From Porphyridium purpureum (Eukaryota), in the NCBI GenBank assembly GCA_008690995.1, contig VRMN01000004.1, positions 744,001-808,000 of the forward strand: a stretch of DNA of 64,000 bases, read 5' to 3'. Below, one piece after another: positions 54,701 to 61,918 of the stretch. The translations under genes were made by a program, and so were the position numbers. The first letter of the stretch is position 1. Each line of letters begins with the position of its first letter. The notes below the pieces were generated by a model. It saw only the letters and a program-made list of their open reading frames with translations. It was not told where the DNA came from and did no database searches.

Positions 54701-57197
54701 CTCTACGATTTGTTTCGCCGTGTACTTCGGATGCCTTCCCGTAGCCGTACAGCACACGCGAGAGAAAAGTGGTTAACAATCGCTTAGCGGTTGCTTCGCC
54801 GCCCTTAAACGACGTACTCAGGACAGGCACCGTGATGTCAATATCAGATTCGGACAGCGCCGCATCCAGTTTGGCTTCCCCATCAAACCACATGCGCGCC
54901 GACCAGGCACCTTCCTTTTCAAAGGACCATTTGAACCCAAGGCCCGCCAGCTCTTTCACATCACTGAACGGTTTCAGGTCGAGCTGCTGAGGCGGCAAGC
55001 CCTTTGCAAATTTCTTAATGTTTGCGTTGAAACGCTCAAAGAACACACTGAAGTCCGGTTCAAGTTTGCTGACTGGATTTTGCATGACTTCCAGCGGAAT
55101 CAGTAGCTTCGACTCTACGTCCAGCATCGCTACGCCGCATTCCAACGCCACCTTTTCCGTCAGGCGACGTCGAGGAAGCATGTGTGGCCGGTCCGTCACG
55201 ACAATGTACGCGTCTTGCACAAAACCCTTTGTGCCATCGCTGGAGCCAAGAAGTGAAACGCCGCTCTGATCTTTCGGCTCGATCCGGAACTGGAACGAGA
55301 TCCCGTCGAGTGTCAGCTGCTCTTCCAGCTCCACGATGCCTTCGAGATGAAAGACAACGTGGCGCTTGCTGTGGATCTCCCAGGATTCGAGACTCATCAC
55401 GTCAATCACAACGAGCGGCAGGCCAGACTGGAAAGCCAGCGCCTTGGCCAGCTCGAGCGTATCGTTGTGGGTCGTGCGAAATGCGGTTTGCGCCCAGTAA
55501 AGCACATACCTGCCCTCCTGGTTGAGGCCAAATTCATTCACTGTACGCACACGCGAGTCCTCCACCCCGCATGACTTGAGCGCGTTCCAAAGGGTGCTTT
55601 CAAGACGGCGCGCCGCGCCGGCGTCTTTTGTTGGCGCCAGTGGTGCAGCACGGCGCATCACGCCGCTGCCGTCATCCTCAAGAAGTTCGGCGGACTGGCG
55701 CGACATGTGCAGATTCACTCGCTCCGCGTAGGCAACGAAGGACTCGGCAATGCAATGATAACTGACAGGATCGACACCTTCAAGCATAAACAGTGCGTTT
55801 AAGCGAATGCAGCGCTCCCAGGCCACATCCGGTCGCCTTTCCATTTCAATGAGCGCCTGCACCCAAACTTGTCGATCCGACTTGAGGTCGCGACCTAATC
55901 GCATCATCTCCTGGTGAAAGGTGTTCCATTCGGTATTGGGCGTTTCGCCCTTTTCGTACTGAATGTCCGGTACTTCCACTGCGCTTGAGCTCGCTGAAGC
56001 AGCCGCTTCCAGCACAGGTTGGAGCTCTGTCGGTATCATGGCCTCGTACCGCTCGTAATTGGGCACAAAGTTAACCAGGTGGAAGCCCATTTCACGACGT
56101 GCAAGGTTCTTCAAGTATGCGGTGGTGTCTTGCAGACTACGACCCGAATTCAGAACCTTACTCGCCACTTCAGGGGTGGCGATGAACCCGTAGCATAGGT
56201 ACGCTGATAAAAGCGAACCATATTCAACTCTGTTGTTCTCGTCGTTAACTTCAAATGCACGCGCATATGCCTTGAGTTTGCACGCGATGAACGTGGAGAG
56301 CAGCTTGCGCGCCTCCTTCTCACCGCCGCTAGGCGACGTCTTGGGCACGAGCGGGATGTCCGTTCGGATACCGCTCATGTCGAGGATCTGCACGAGAATC
56401 TCTGGGTTATTGAGCCAGTCCACCGCGCCCCATGTCTCATCTTCGTCTGATTCCTTCATAAAGTCAAAGATAAGGCCAAAGCCGTCGGCTTCGTCCATGA
56501 GCTCTTCGGGTGCCGTCACATTGACGTCCTGATGCGGCAGCAGACGCGCATAGTCTGGCGCCAGCGACAAGAAACGATCCTGGAATGCGGCGCGGTCCTT
56601 GATAAAGTCGGTTGATAGCTCCTCCACAGGCACCAGCAGGTGTGTCTCGACGTCGATCACAGAGCAGCCCGCCTCCGCGGCCACGCGAGATACTGTCTCA
56701 ATATTTGCGCGCATATGGGGCCGATCGGTCACGATCGCCCACGCGCGAGATGCAAAGCCCGTCACGCCGTCCTCCTTCGAGCCCACCACGCTCAGTGCCG
56801 GAGGTCCTTGCACGGGATCCATACGCACACACGCCCCAATACCCTGCTCGAGGAGCGACTCCTCGAATTCTGCGATGCCATGCATCAGGAACTGCACATG
56901 ACGCAGCGATGCTTTGGTAAAGTTGCGCAGGTCGACTGTTGCCAGCACAATGAGCGGCAGGTCGAGCTCATTGGCGAGCGCAATGCTGAGCTCGAGCGCC
57001 TCGTTGTGCTGTGTGCGAAACGAATCCATCGTCCAGTAAAGAACATACTTGCTGCCCTCGGACTCGCCATTGTACCCAGCCGCGACATACTCGGCCACGG
57101 TCGCGCGCGCGTCATCCTCATTCAACCGCCGCACGCGCGTTGCCTCAATGCCCGACACCTCGATCGCCACATCCAGCGGCGACGCGTCACTCGTCAT
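42792..57197 (-). CDS. Giant (4801 aa) protein with nine tandem class II photolyase-like domains and a Q/G/Y/P-rich tail
   Basis: One uninterrupted 14.4-kb ORF. Each unit of about 500-540 aa has YVLYW...R..HN.(A/S)L, RHxxFxLEGL, IVTD, GGE..A, LSPYL..G.IS, RE, THD..WN..Q.EL, R..W..K and LNDKY..D..DP, which is the class II CPD photolyase motif order. Confidence 0.93.
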   Translation of the reverse strand: MTSDASPLDVAIEVSGIEATRVRRLNEDDARATVAEYVAAGYNGESEGSKYVLYWTMDSFRTQHNEALELSIALANELDLPLIVLATVDLRNFTKASLRHVQFLMHGIAEFEESLLEQGIGACVRMDPVQGPPALSVVGSKEDGVTGFASRAWAIVTDRPHMRANIETVSRVAAEAGCSVIDVETHLLVPVEELSTDFIKDRAAFQDRFLSLAPDYARLLPHQDVNVTAPEELMDEADGFGLIFDFMKESDEDETWGAVDWLNNPEILVQILDMSGIRTDIPLVPKTSPSGGEKEARKLLSTFIACKLKAYARAFEVNDENNRVEYGSLLSAYLCYGFIATPEVASKVLNSGRSLQDTTAYLKNLARREMGFHLVNFVPNYERYEAMIPTELQPVLEAAASASSSAVEVPDIQYEKGETPNTEWNTFHQEMMRLGRDLKSDRQVWVQALIEMERRPDVAWERCIRLNALFMLEGVDPVSYHCIAESFVAYAERVNLHMSRQSAELLEDDGSGVMRRAAPLAPTKDAGAARRLESTLWNALKSCGVEDSRVRTVNEFGLNQEGRYVLYWAQTAFRTTHNDTLELAKALAFQSGLPLVVIDVMSLESWEIHSKRHVVFHLEGIVELEEQLTLDGISFQFRIEPKDQSGVSLLGSSDGTKGFVQDAYIVVTDRPHMLPRRRLTEKVALECGVAMLDVESKLLIPLEVMQNPVSKLEPDFSVFFERFNANIKKFAKGLPPQQLDLKPFSDVKELAGLGFKWSFEKEGAWSARMWFDGEAKLDAALSESDIDITVPVLSTSFKGGEATAKRLLTTFLSRVLYGYGKASEVHGETNRREYGSLLSPYLTHGFISPAEAAISVLRSGKGAEDRTAYLRNICKREHAFNMIYFLDDLTHLGSLISNEAYNQLKSSKKKKYAYSDIAWERGTTHDQRWNTVQHELFFKGRDILQDRRYWAQKLIEYESDPDNSYRLMSYLNDKYMIDAGDACSYYNLILCFQQAKVGNTATNNDASRVSTSDPSVIHEILNSQLQESTGVSLNKIRLINELGPRSNGGEGVNDSGVGDAQYVLYVANRACRAQENESLEVAKLLANAAKLPLIYLYVIDLHYYRRGSRRHVTFLLEGLAELKASLSDMGIKLCVRVDPSRFGEAGLGGVSVLGSEEDGVLGFASAAWCIVTDRAHLEYEQAVESRIAALCGCACIDVESRLIIPVEDAADAYVPTFDSFYAANKTEIRQYLKPLTPLTVKHQVFSDVDVELMGFRWEFMEQWQWGAREWLDNEVHFAKILGENGVDPNVSVVTGAYRGGETSARRLLSVFLQRKLQGYASKVDEETEMNRSEFGSILSPYVSYGMISARDVGYEVSRAGVSQIDIEAFLRSLLKREFAFNLVNYIPNYSQFEAVFTPEQIKELNAQKRLHLQQGQVTYSYTDAQWAAGETHDQKWNTIQHELVFRGRDLLYDRQYWAKRILQYEQDPANAYRLASELNDKFMIDALDPVSYRTIQDCFEQVLASASRVETATTDAAGEMLGIIESLLPDTGVEPERLSLLNELVHRQSVHAGGAGQYVLYWMSSAHRYSENPAFELAKAFANHAELPLLVVCVLDLNAFQNRSKRHVVFLLEGLAEVEAKMKALGCSFHLAIEPVCEDGVGSVSLLGLEDGSVAGYARHAWCIVTDVPFERQLRLVTDRVSKACGCALIGVESQTIVPLNVLLGDQIDAVEDFPDEKAFSDFFMDVYTHFVKSLSANASVLTLMVRGGVSGSADASFRYGFCMDEDGVTASWGPADWLAGSQEEGSVLDSVLEANGIDSSVSVVSGSYRGGYQGAKKLLQTFIARKLRDYHKKLHDVAVSTRSEFGSLLSPYLSQGFISPVEVLVEVLKSTAPKADLEAFSRALGMREYAYAIAYYFPDEYDSYEWLVAPDVHEALISCRDQEGKYSYSLEEWELAKTHDAKWNAIQSELRMRGRDMQHDRSLWCHLIIQYERDPRDAFRIATYLNDKYMLDADLIGLRNIKRCFEYIGAIVSGGNTAGDAFISSSSVIGEDAAGRGAKNAMMMENGLLAPPSSSSAEHNVAAVEKLLTEVCESSGVSRDFIRILNDRAPLMENHTKYVLYWVQTGHRRHNNPGLQVAIGAANALGLPLVVLVALDLSHFKLGSRRHVVFLLEGMTEMQTALNSMGVAVEIRLDPSSELLEGEKAVSLLGSTKLGVRGFVEGASLVVTDRAHLKHRYEKQAFVATQLPCSLIEVESKVMVPVEIMASQREDDFQTFFARFMEIFPAYAKVYPVTTCDVSCDVLVADTDGENSSSVIGSGSLFADLGYFYEGKKLFKVNEWIEDQAHLNNLLAKCGVDVTVSSVSGIYRGGEASGRRLLNVFVSKKLNEYSTSQEILGEKRRSEYGSLLSPYLTNGFVSAAEIVVAIKNSGAPEADVNAFLKSMARREQGFNFVRYTEGYDTFEHALPAEAQKELFRLANESKRYSYTDEQWDLGQTHDSRWNTIQHELRYRGRDIAQDRSFWCLKLIEYEKDPRNAFRLAMRLNDKYMVDALDPLSYSNIASCFTFASALNSTTSRALPDRARMESIVSHAVKSVNLHSSRVQLRNDLCVRPTSSSGGTARYVLYWATATCRAHHNESLELAKALANLAQLPLVVLYTVDLNVMKIGSKRHVVFLLEGLSEFHAQLARDGIKLCVRFDARQDFGGVLAGSVLGCAANNVKGFENYAWAIVTDTPHLRYGKLAVEHVVNEAGCAVIEVESRLIIPIKAARQHKHADEKEWLEQFPQLAREYARKPNDVPVMVAAGSELELGHLGWRWSNVESAGLNASELAPGGSARKSSLSEPSVTSSGGAEWAPKDWLHHDATLNEVLTQNGMSVDVPPVSGTYLGGEGPARKLLTAFVMRKLRGYGEELGRFGDNNRSEYGSLLSPYLCNGFISASDILLEIVRSGRSEHDINSYLRNLGRREMAFHFVVDNPEGYDVYEAAIPEETRRTLSEMAKHRTPRYAYTFEQWEKGETHDKRWNSVQHELIFRGRDIAQDRFFWLYKIIEYESDPRNAYYLAMTLNDKYMVDALDAVGYRNVSEGFVQMCEMEAVLIRETQNKTDSSAFKETILSCLKPTLVEESRVRLVNQEGSNDKGKFVLYHCSLAPRTQHNESFEIAKSLANEAGLPLVYLYVLDFEQFKSGSWRHLVFYLQGLAQLQSDLTKAGVRFELRVEPSGSAPGLSVLGDKKEGIKGFAEDAWAIVTDRAYLRRARDVEARVAREARCAVVEVESCLLVPLEVSAGIMEDVVDAFFYRFFPVLNSYVKPISDLECKVGADVLKQSVKLRDYGMMPKELSMLASPVDLADGSALPELSAFVDGGQHEAVMKQVAEQNGLDVTVPPASGHYGGELRAREHLDAFVMKNLPGYGSTMEAADPSLRLEYGSLLSPFFSTGFLSVVHVAVEVLHSKASDADIIAFFRNLCRRELAYCFVYQTQGYDSYQGAVAPMVRETLEQAAANRPQKYIYTDEEWELGETHDMVWNEIQQELLSHGREFMADRVYWCEKLIQYESRPSDAYRLAVYLNDKYMIDALDPVGYKNISECFNLACLTSGELGKTFERNPIRTILKNALDSCGIDKTRVRVLNDFGARAKVRKGKGNSVGGEYVLYVSHCAFRKHHNDAFEVAKALANMSSLPLVFLALVNLNHFQRGSYRQINFVMKGLAELEKDLRDEGVIFCMRFEETSESPTSLNLIGSELEGIQGFEARAWAVVTDRAHLRANGEMVKKTAFETGCAMIEVESILSVPLEKACSGPAPDFDSFYERFLPLCRRYAKPLVEQAVKVPGALADVDVTGKGKVYPFMKGSAWSAQEWLDNESTLLEVLAKNRVDVSIGPPAGTQSGEHAARVKLEEFLKHKLKDYAKHSQEFGESNRADYGSNLSPYLCFGIIAASEIMVRVFEIANNVVPVSDNSHAGILTPSQEDISVFLQNLARRELAYNFAHFCEKYDTYENTLSQVVRKTLEDAGKKRKNYDYSLHQWEVGETHDDKWNEVQKKLRETGRNVSHDRSFWCQKIIEYSRDPSKAFQVALSLNERIMIDALDAVCYKNIVESFKLASMLVAPQTAIVTRPQLQGTHGAVEKTTMKTLVKTALEDCGVERSRVRLLNDLGPRRSVNDNNGSSEYVLYWMTSALRVRHNESLEVAKVLANNAGLPLVVLAVLDLSSFALYSKTHVLYYLQGLVDVERQLKEQNICFVLRVDPSEQVGGGMGASVVGLENTNITGFASRAWAVVTDRSHLRVARASVKRVASHAGCCVIEVESRLVVPLEVVGNHAIGSGSNNATSNVRNRFDGFAQKFFAALGGFVKRLDSTSMVIKAQNRKLRPEILGYQWDFMRDSSSTNLNSTAAILQWGPEAWLQNTEVLDLVLSDSGVDLTFSEHPDAGPGGEMMALRTLEQFAASKFDGFASAASSSSPAGTVHQLNGNKSALDPLRAMFASLQTQVAFGFISMADVVHRISESFASDEDLRAVLWKVSRLEYAVNYVYYNSSYEDFAAVLDENQRAMLEYLKNDLVQSGADPMLPLDAVVDAQTPDQDWNELQNNMIDHARLAPGRLSAWMWGMFRFLPAPHDAFEFARMFLQRFTLEHFGPFAHTAVVDAFVRMQDSVDISVLQRARQQQQQQQASLGGPRGMVGTYGGAGGVGVMGLGGRGTAGGFAPYAGAPGPVGGMHGARTGFAPHAQVSPYEPQGFDGYDQQQHHQQALYGDGYVHEPQYGGMSNLARRYIGNGGYGGGVAAGPGPYYGNGGAGMYGQRPIGTRAPGPMGTSKPAFGQPRARPVLTTARYGY
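43340..57150 (-). repeat. Nine tandem protein-domain repeats (about 1.5 kb each)
   Basis: (Y/F)VLY motifs start near 57047, 55508, 54014, 52526, 50903, 49391, 47840, 46322 and 44777, giving spacings of 1488-1623 nt. The units are highly diverged at DNA level. Confidence 0.92.
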
Positions 57198-59486
57198 CGC
57201 GCCTAAAGTTCTTCAATTCTTGCGCTCCCCTCCTCCAATGCGAGCTCTAGGCACCTCACTTCCACAACGCACTCGCGCAGGTACATGCACATGCACTCAC
57301 ATTCAGATGCGCCGACGTCCACTCCCTCCGCATGCCGATCACGAACCGACACGACCCGAACCCCCCAATCGCGCACAGCAGACCTTCACAGCTCACACCC
57401 ACTGCCCGGGCCGTGCACGCGCGAATGCACTCTCGCCCACAATCCCCCTCCCCCCCTTGATAACCCCTCCGGCTGCCCTACATGCATGCACTCCTCTCCC
57501 TCTCCGTCTCGCTCTTTCCTTCCTCCTCCCCACTGCTCGCTCTCTCCACGCTCCTTTTTTCCTCCCCCCAGTTCACGCTCGCCGCGCTTGGTGTTGTTGT
57601 TCGTGTTGCTGCAGTGGTGGCAACGCCTATCAAAATACCCCAATTCCATTACGAACCCCGCCTCATTGGAGCCACCTCCGGCAGTGTGACAGTCACACTC
57701 AGTGCTGCATCATGCCACTCTCACTACTCGCTCATACCAAAACACCCCCTTCCCGCTCATGTTTGCCCCCTCCAGCAACAACACACAACAACACACACTC
57801 TCTGTTGCCTGTCTAACATGAGATGTTCCCTTGTTGTGCACGTATCTAAACGCATACACAATAAGCGCATCACGTCATCAACACACAGTTTCGGACGACT
57901 GTCGGCTTTTTTCCGATTTTGTCGCTGGAGAATGAGGGGAAGAGCACACGAACGGCCGTGTGAATGAACGTGTTTCGCGCTTACGCGCTCAGATATTCGT
58001 TTCATTTGGGGCGCGTTTGGAAGATGGAAGCTGCAGCTCGTACAGCAGGTACAGCAGGGACAGCGAGCACCGCCCTAAGTTCAGGTACTGCCGCAAAAAC
58101 CGCACTGTACCTTCGTGATCGAGCGCGCGCGGGTTCGGCGACGCTGTACACCCGATGAAGGTCAACGCATGCGCCGCTGGTCGCTGGTCGCTGGTCGCTG
58201 TTGGTTTGTGTGCGTGATGGCGTGGAGCGGCGACTCGCACGATGCAGCGTCTGTGGATATTGCCGTACTTGAGCAGACGTGCTAGCTGTTTGCTGCCGTC
58301 AAAAAACACAAAGGATGACGCAGTGTCGATACTTGTTCGGCACGAGCGTGGGGCTCGATTTCGTGGATGTTGCTTCAATGTTCTACTCAACCAGATCGGG
58401 CGTATCGGCCAAAAGTGGATGTCTCGGACGTCGGTGTCTCCCTGCTTCGTACGAGTTTGCCAGTTGACCACTCGACACACAACAAAAGCACTATCCCTTA
58501 CCGCCTCATTTCCGCCGTAGCCTTCTTGCGGTGCCGCGTACACGTGCTCAAACTCGAGTCACACCCGCCCAAGTCAGGGGCACACGAGCCACGCCCGCCC
58601 GTCGCGCTCAAAATACACACGCGAGGCCCACGCGCAGCCCGAAATCGGCGTGCGCTGGATATCGTTTTCCAGGGTTATCCACCTCGTCTTCACGAAGCGT
58701 GACGTCGCTTTTCCTTCCCTCCTTTTTTTTCGTACAAGGCAACGACGGAGGAGCGTTTTGCTTTGTGGAACGCGCGCACAGATTCAAGCGTGGTCGCCGA
58801 CGAGACGCGCACATGATCTGTGGTGCTTGTGACTACAGACCAGGACACAAGGAAGTGATCTGTTTCAAATGGCACCTGAAAAATTCAAACCGTGTCGAAG
58901 CTCTGAAGTCCCAGCTGCCAATGAGGAAAAGCGCGCATGTGCGTGGGAGGTACAGTTGAGGTTGTGGTTACGGTTTACGCCCACGTTGGTGTCTCGTGTA
59001 AAGCGTGTCGCCCCCAAGTGTGTGTGGGTTACGGGGTTGGGAAGGGGCGGGCGGGATAATGGAAAGGAGAAGAGATAGAGAGTGAGAGGGAGAGGGACGG
59101 GCGGGAAGGATTGAGACAAGGCTTGTACTGCAGCGGTCGCAGTAAGTGTTCACGCAGGTCCAGGCGTGGCGCGTGGCGTGGCGCTCCTTCGTGAAGGGGC
59201 GCGGTATTTGAAATCTGTCACCGGTGAAGAATCTAGCGGCGTTTGAAAGTCACAAGGCGGAACGGAGGGTTTTGCCGTCGTCGTTATTGGACACACCTCC
59301 GCCGCTCTCTCGTCTTGGTGGTTCTCGCTTTCCTTCTCGCTTTCTGTTTCTCTTTGGCGTTGGGAGGATTCGAACACGGTGCGCACATTTTACGCGGGGG
59401 CAAAGGCATTAGTAGTGGCTTCCAGGGGGCTACATCGCGATAGGTCGAAAAAGTGCCGGTGGTAACGTGCGAGATCAGCTGGCAAT

Positions 59487-60998
59487 ATGGAACAGTGCGA
59501 GGCCGCGGTGAACGGCGCACAGAAGGCCATGGTGGATGCCGCGATTGAGGCGGTGGCGATGGACGAGCTCTGTCGCTTGTCGCACGAGCCCGCGATGCGG
59601 CAGCCGTTGGTCGACGCGGGAGCGATTGGCTGCCTGGCGACGGCGCTCCAGTCACACGCAATGGTGCCGCCTGTGCAGAAGCGCGGCCTTGAGATCGCGG
59701 CTAATCTGGCGCAACTGGACACGCCCACAAAGGTGAAGCTCGTGGACGCTGGGATTATAGCCCTTGTCGCCAACGCGATGAGCTCAAACCTTCAAGACCA
59801 AGCGCTGCAGGCCGTGGGAACTCTGCTGCTCTCACTGCTCGCCGCACTTAAGAAGAAGGACGTCTGTATTAAGATTGTGCAAGACGGCGGCATTGAGTCG
59901 CTGTGCCGCGCGATGGATACATACACCGGCAACTCGAGCATCCAGAGCCAGGGCTGTGATGTGCTGTTCTTAGTCACTTCCGCCCTTGACGACAAGGCTG
60001 TCCAAGATCGCGTGCGCTCTGCGCGCGGCATCCCCGTCATAATCCAAGACATTGCGGCGTACGAACAGAGCCCCGGATTTCTCCAGATAGCGATCCAGAT
60101 TCTTGCGAGCTTGGCGCGCAAGAACACAGCGAACCAGGAAGAAATCAGCGAGCTCAACGGCATCGAAGTCATTCTAAACGCGATGCGCAATCAAATGACG
60201 CACGAAGGTGTGCTGCTCGCGGGTTGTCAGGCGCTTCGATTTCTTGGCTTCTCGCGCGAGAACCGCACGCGCATCGGCGACGCCGACGGCGTCGAGATGG
60301 TTGTGACTGCTATCAAGCAGCTTCAGACCAACCCCGCTGCGCTGCTCGTGGTGCTCAAGTCGCTCAACAACGTGACCTTTGACAACTTGCAGAATAAGAG
60401 CGCTGCAGGGCGGTGTGGCGCCATCCAGCTGACCGTCGAAATAATGGACCTTAATCGCAATTCTGGAGAGCTTCAAGAAGACGGCTGCCGTTTACTCAGA
60501 AACCTGGCAGAAGGCGTAGAGCTTAATCAGCGCATCATGGTGGATGTGGGCGGTCTGAGCTCGGTGCTCTTTGCTATGACAACCCACCCCAACTATCTCG
60601 GTATCTGTGAGCACAGCTGTGCAGCGTTGCTCGTGTTGGCTAAGAATGATATGCTGCTTTCAAATGTCAATGTCGCAGACGTGCGCCGCCTCGTCGAGTC
60701 GCGACTCGAAATGCACCGCGAGAACATCGAGTTTCAGCGGTACGCCAAGGAGCTTCTCGAACTGCTGGACGACAACGCTGCCAGTATCCAGCGCAACCGC
60801 ACGCGGTCTCGCTCCATGTCGCGTTCGCGCAGCAAATCGCGAGGCTCTAACGCCGGCTCTGACGGCGGCTTTCAGTCCTCTGCGATGCGAAATCGCACGA
60901 GAAGCAGATCGCAGCGCTCCAACTCCAAGGGCCGCGGCAAGGAGACCAAAAGCTCACCCGGCGGAGGGTTCCTGTCCAAGTTATTCAAAAAGGGCTAG
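59487..60998 (+). CDS. Armadillo-repeat protein with an RS-rich basic C-terminal tail
   Basis: Repeated units of about 42 aa (LVDAGAIGCLATALQSH, IVQDGGIESLCRAMDTY, ISELNGIEVILNAMRNQ, MVDVGGLSSVLFAMTTH); tail RNRTRSRSMSRSRSKSR. Confidence 0.85.
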   Translation: MEQCEAAVNGAQKAMVDAAIEAVAMDELCRLSHEPAMRQPLVDAGAIGCLATALQSHAMVPPVQKRGLEIAANLAQLDTPTKVKLVDAGIIALVANAMSSNLQDQALQAVGTLLLSLLAALKKKDVCIKIVQDGGIESLCRAMDTYTGNSSIQSQGCDVLFLVTSALDDKAVQDRVRSARGIPVIIQDIAAYEQSPGFLQIAIQILASLARKNTANQEEISELNGIEVILNAMRNQMTHEGVLLAGCQALRFLGFSRENRTRIGDADGVEMVVTAIKQLQTNPAALLVVLKSLNNVTFDNLQNKSAAGRCGAIQLTVEIMDLNRNSGELQEDGCRLLRNLAEGVELNQRIMVDVGGLSSVLFAMTTHPNYLGICEHSCAALLVLAKNDMLLSNVNVADVRRLVESRLEMHRENIEFQRYAKELLELLDDNAASIQRNRTRSRSMSRSRSKSRGSNAGSDGGFQSSAMRNRTRSRSQRSNSKGRGKETKSSPGGGFLSKLFKKG

Positions 60999-61295
60999 CA
61001 GAGCATGGCATTGAATCACTCTCTGCTAAAGTCGCCGCTTCAGAGTTGCAGTTGAGTTGAGGTCTCCTTGTTTGGCCCCCTCGTTTCTGCGGTCGTGTGC
61101 GACACTACGGTTTTCGAGCTTCATAAACTGATTAGGACTATTTTCTATCGAATCTCCAACATCGCGTTCTGCGCGTCGCGCATTCTGCTCTGCGTACCTA
61201 TACCGGGGGCCCTGTGGTCTTACTCGTAACCCCTTGAGATTCGCCTCCGCCGCCATTGCATTCGCATGTTCAACGTGCGCAACAGGCGATGAGCG

Positions 61296-61913
61296 ATGGA
61301 TGATGACGACGAGACGCACGCCTTCGACGAGTCATATTTAGACTTTGAGAGCGAGATGTTCAACGCTGAGCTTGCTCTTCGCGTGGGCCGCGTCGCTCAG
61401 CGCGTGGCGCAGGGCCGCGCGTTTCAAAATAGCGTGGCTCTGGACAACGTGGCGATGTGCGCGTCAGTCCAGCAAAAGCCTTATCGGCTACTTGTGCGAG
61501 CCCCCAAACCACCGTCGGCGACTGCGGAAGAGCCGAGTGCTGCTAGCGCTTCAGGCTACGCAGCTACGACTCCTGAAACGCACCGTCATGATGCCGCAAA
61601 ACGCAGCACGATTGAGCATCTTGGCGCAAAGGTTACGGCCAAGTTTCCCCCACATCAGCTCCTCTCGGTGTCTGTGGAGACGCAAGAACCGGTCGAGGTG
61701 CTTGTCCGCCACACGCATGCGCTGCGCGGCTACATACATGGCCGTCTCGTGGCGTTTGATAAGCATTTTAATCTGGTCATCCAACAAGCGGTAGAAACAT
61801 CGATGAATCGTCAGCAGTCGCGCTTGCTCGGCCATGTCCTGCTCCGCGGAGAGCATGTGGTCAGAATTGCAAGACACGCGCAGACAATCCTTCCTTCGAT
61901 GTTGAACTCGTAA
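61296..61913 (+). CDS. LSM11: U7 snRNP-type Sm-like protein (Lsm11-like)
   Basis: N-terminal LDFESEMFNAELAL matches the Lsm11 LDxxSxxFDPxxAL motif. Sm1 is VEVLVRH...RGYIHGRLVAFDKHFNL and Sm2 is VLLRGEHVV. Confidence 0.72.
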   Translation: MDDDDETHAFDESYLDFESEMFNAELALRVGRVAQRVAQGRAFQNSVALDNVAMCASVQQKPYRLLVRAPKPPSATAEEPSAASASGYAATTPETHRHDAAKRSTIEHLGAKVTAKFPPHQLLSVSVETQEPVEVLVRHTHALRGYIHGRLVAFDKHFNLVIQQAVETSMNRQQSRLLGHVLLRGEHVVRIARHAQTILPSMLNS

Positions 61914-61918
61914 GTGCA

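Noticed and set aside
42792..57197. Giant ORF as an assembly artefact or viral-type polyprotein
   Set aside because: Repeat units differ widely in DNA sequence, so they are not duplicated reads. I saw no protease domain, 2A-like motif or conserved cleavage site in the linkers.
57250..59450. Several 60-255-aa ORFs in the divergent gap between the poly-photolyase and ARM genes
   Set aside because: Low-complexity, pyrimidine- or purine-skewed leader and promoter sequence with no recognisable protein motifs
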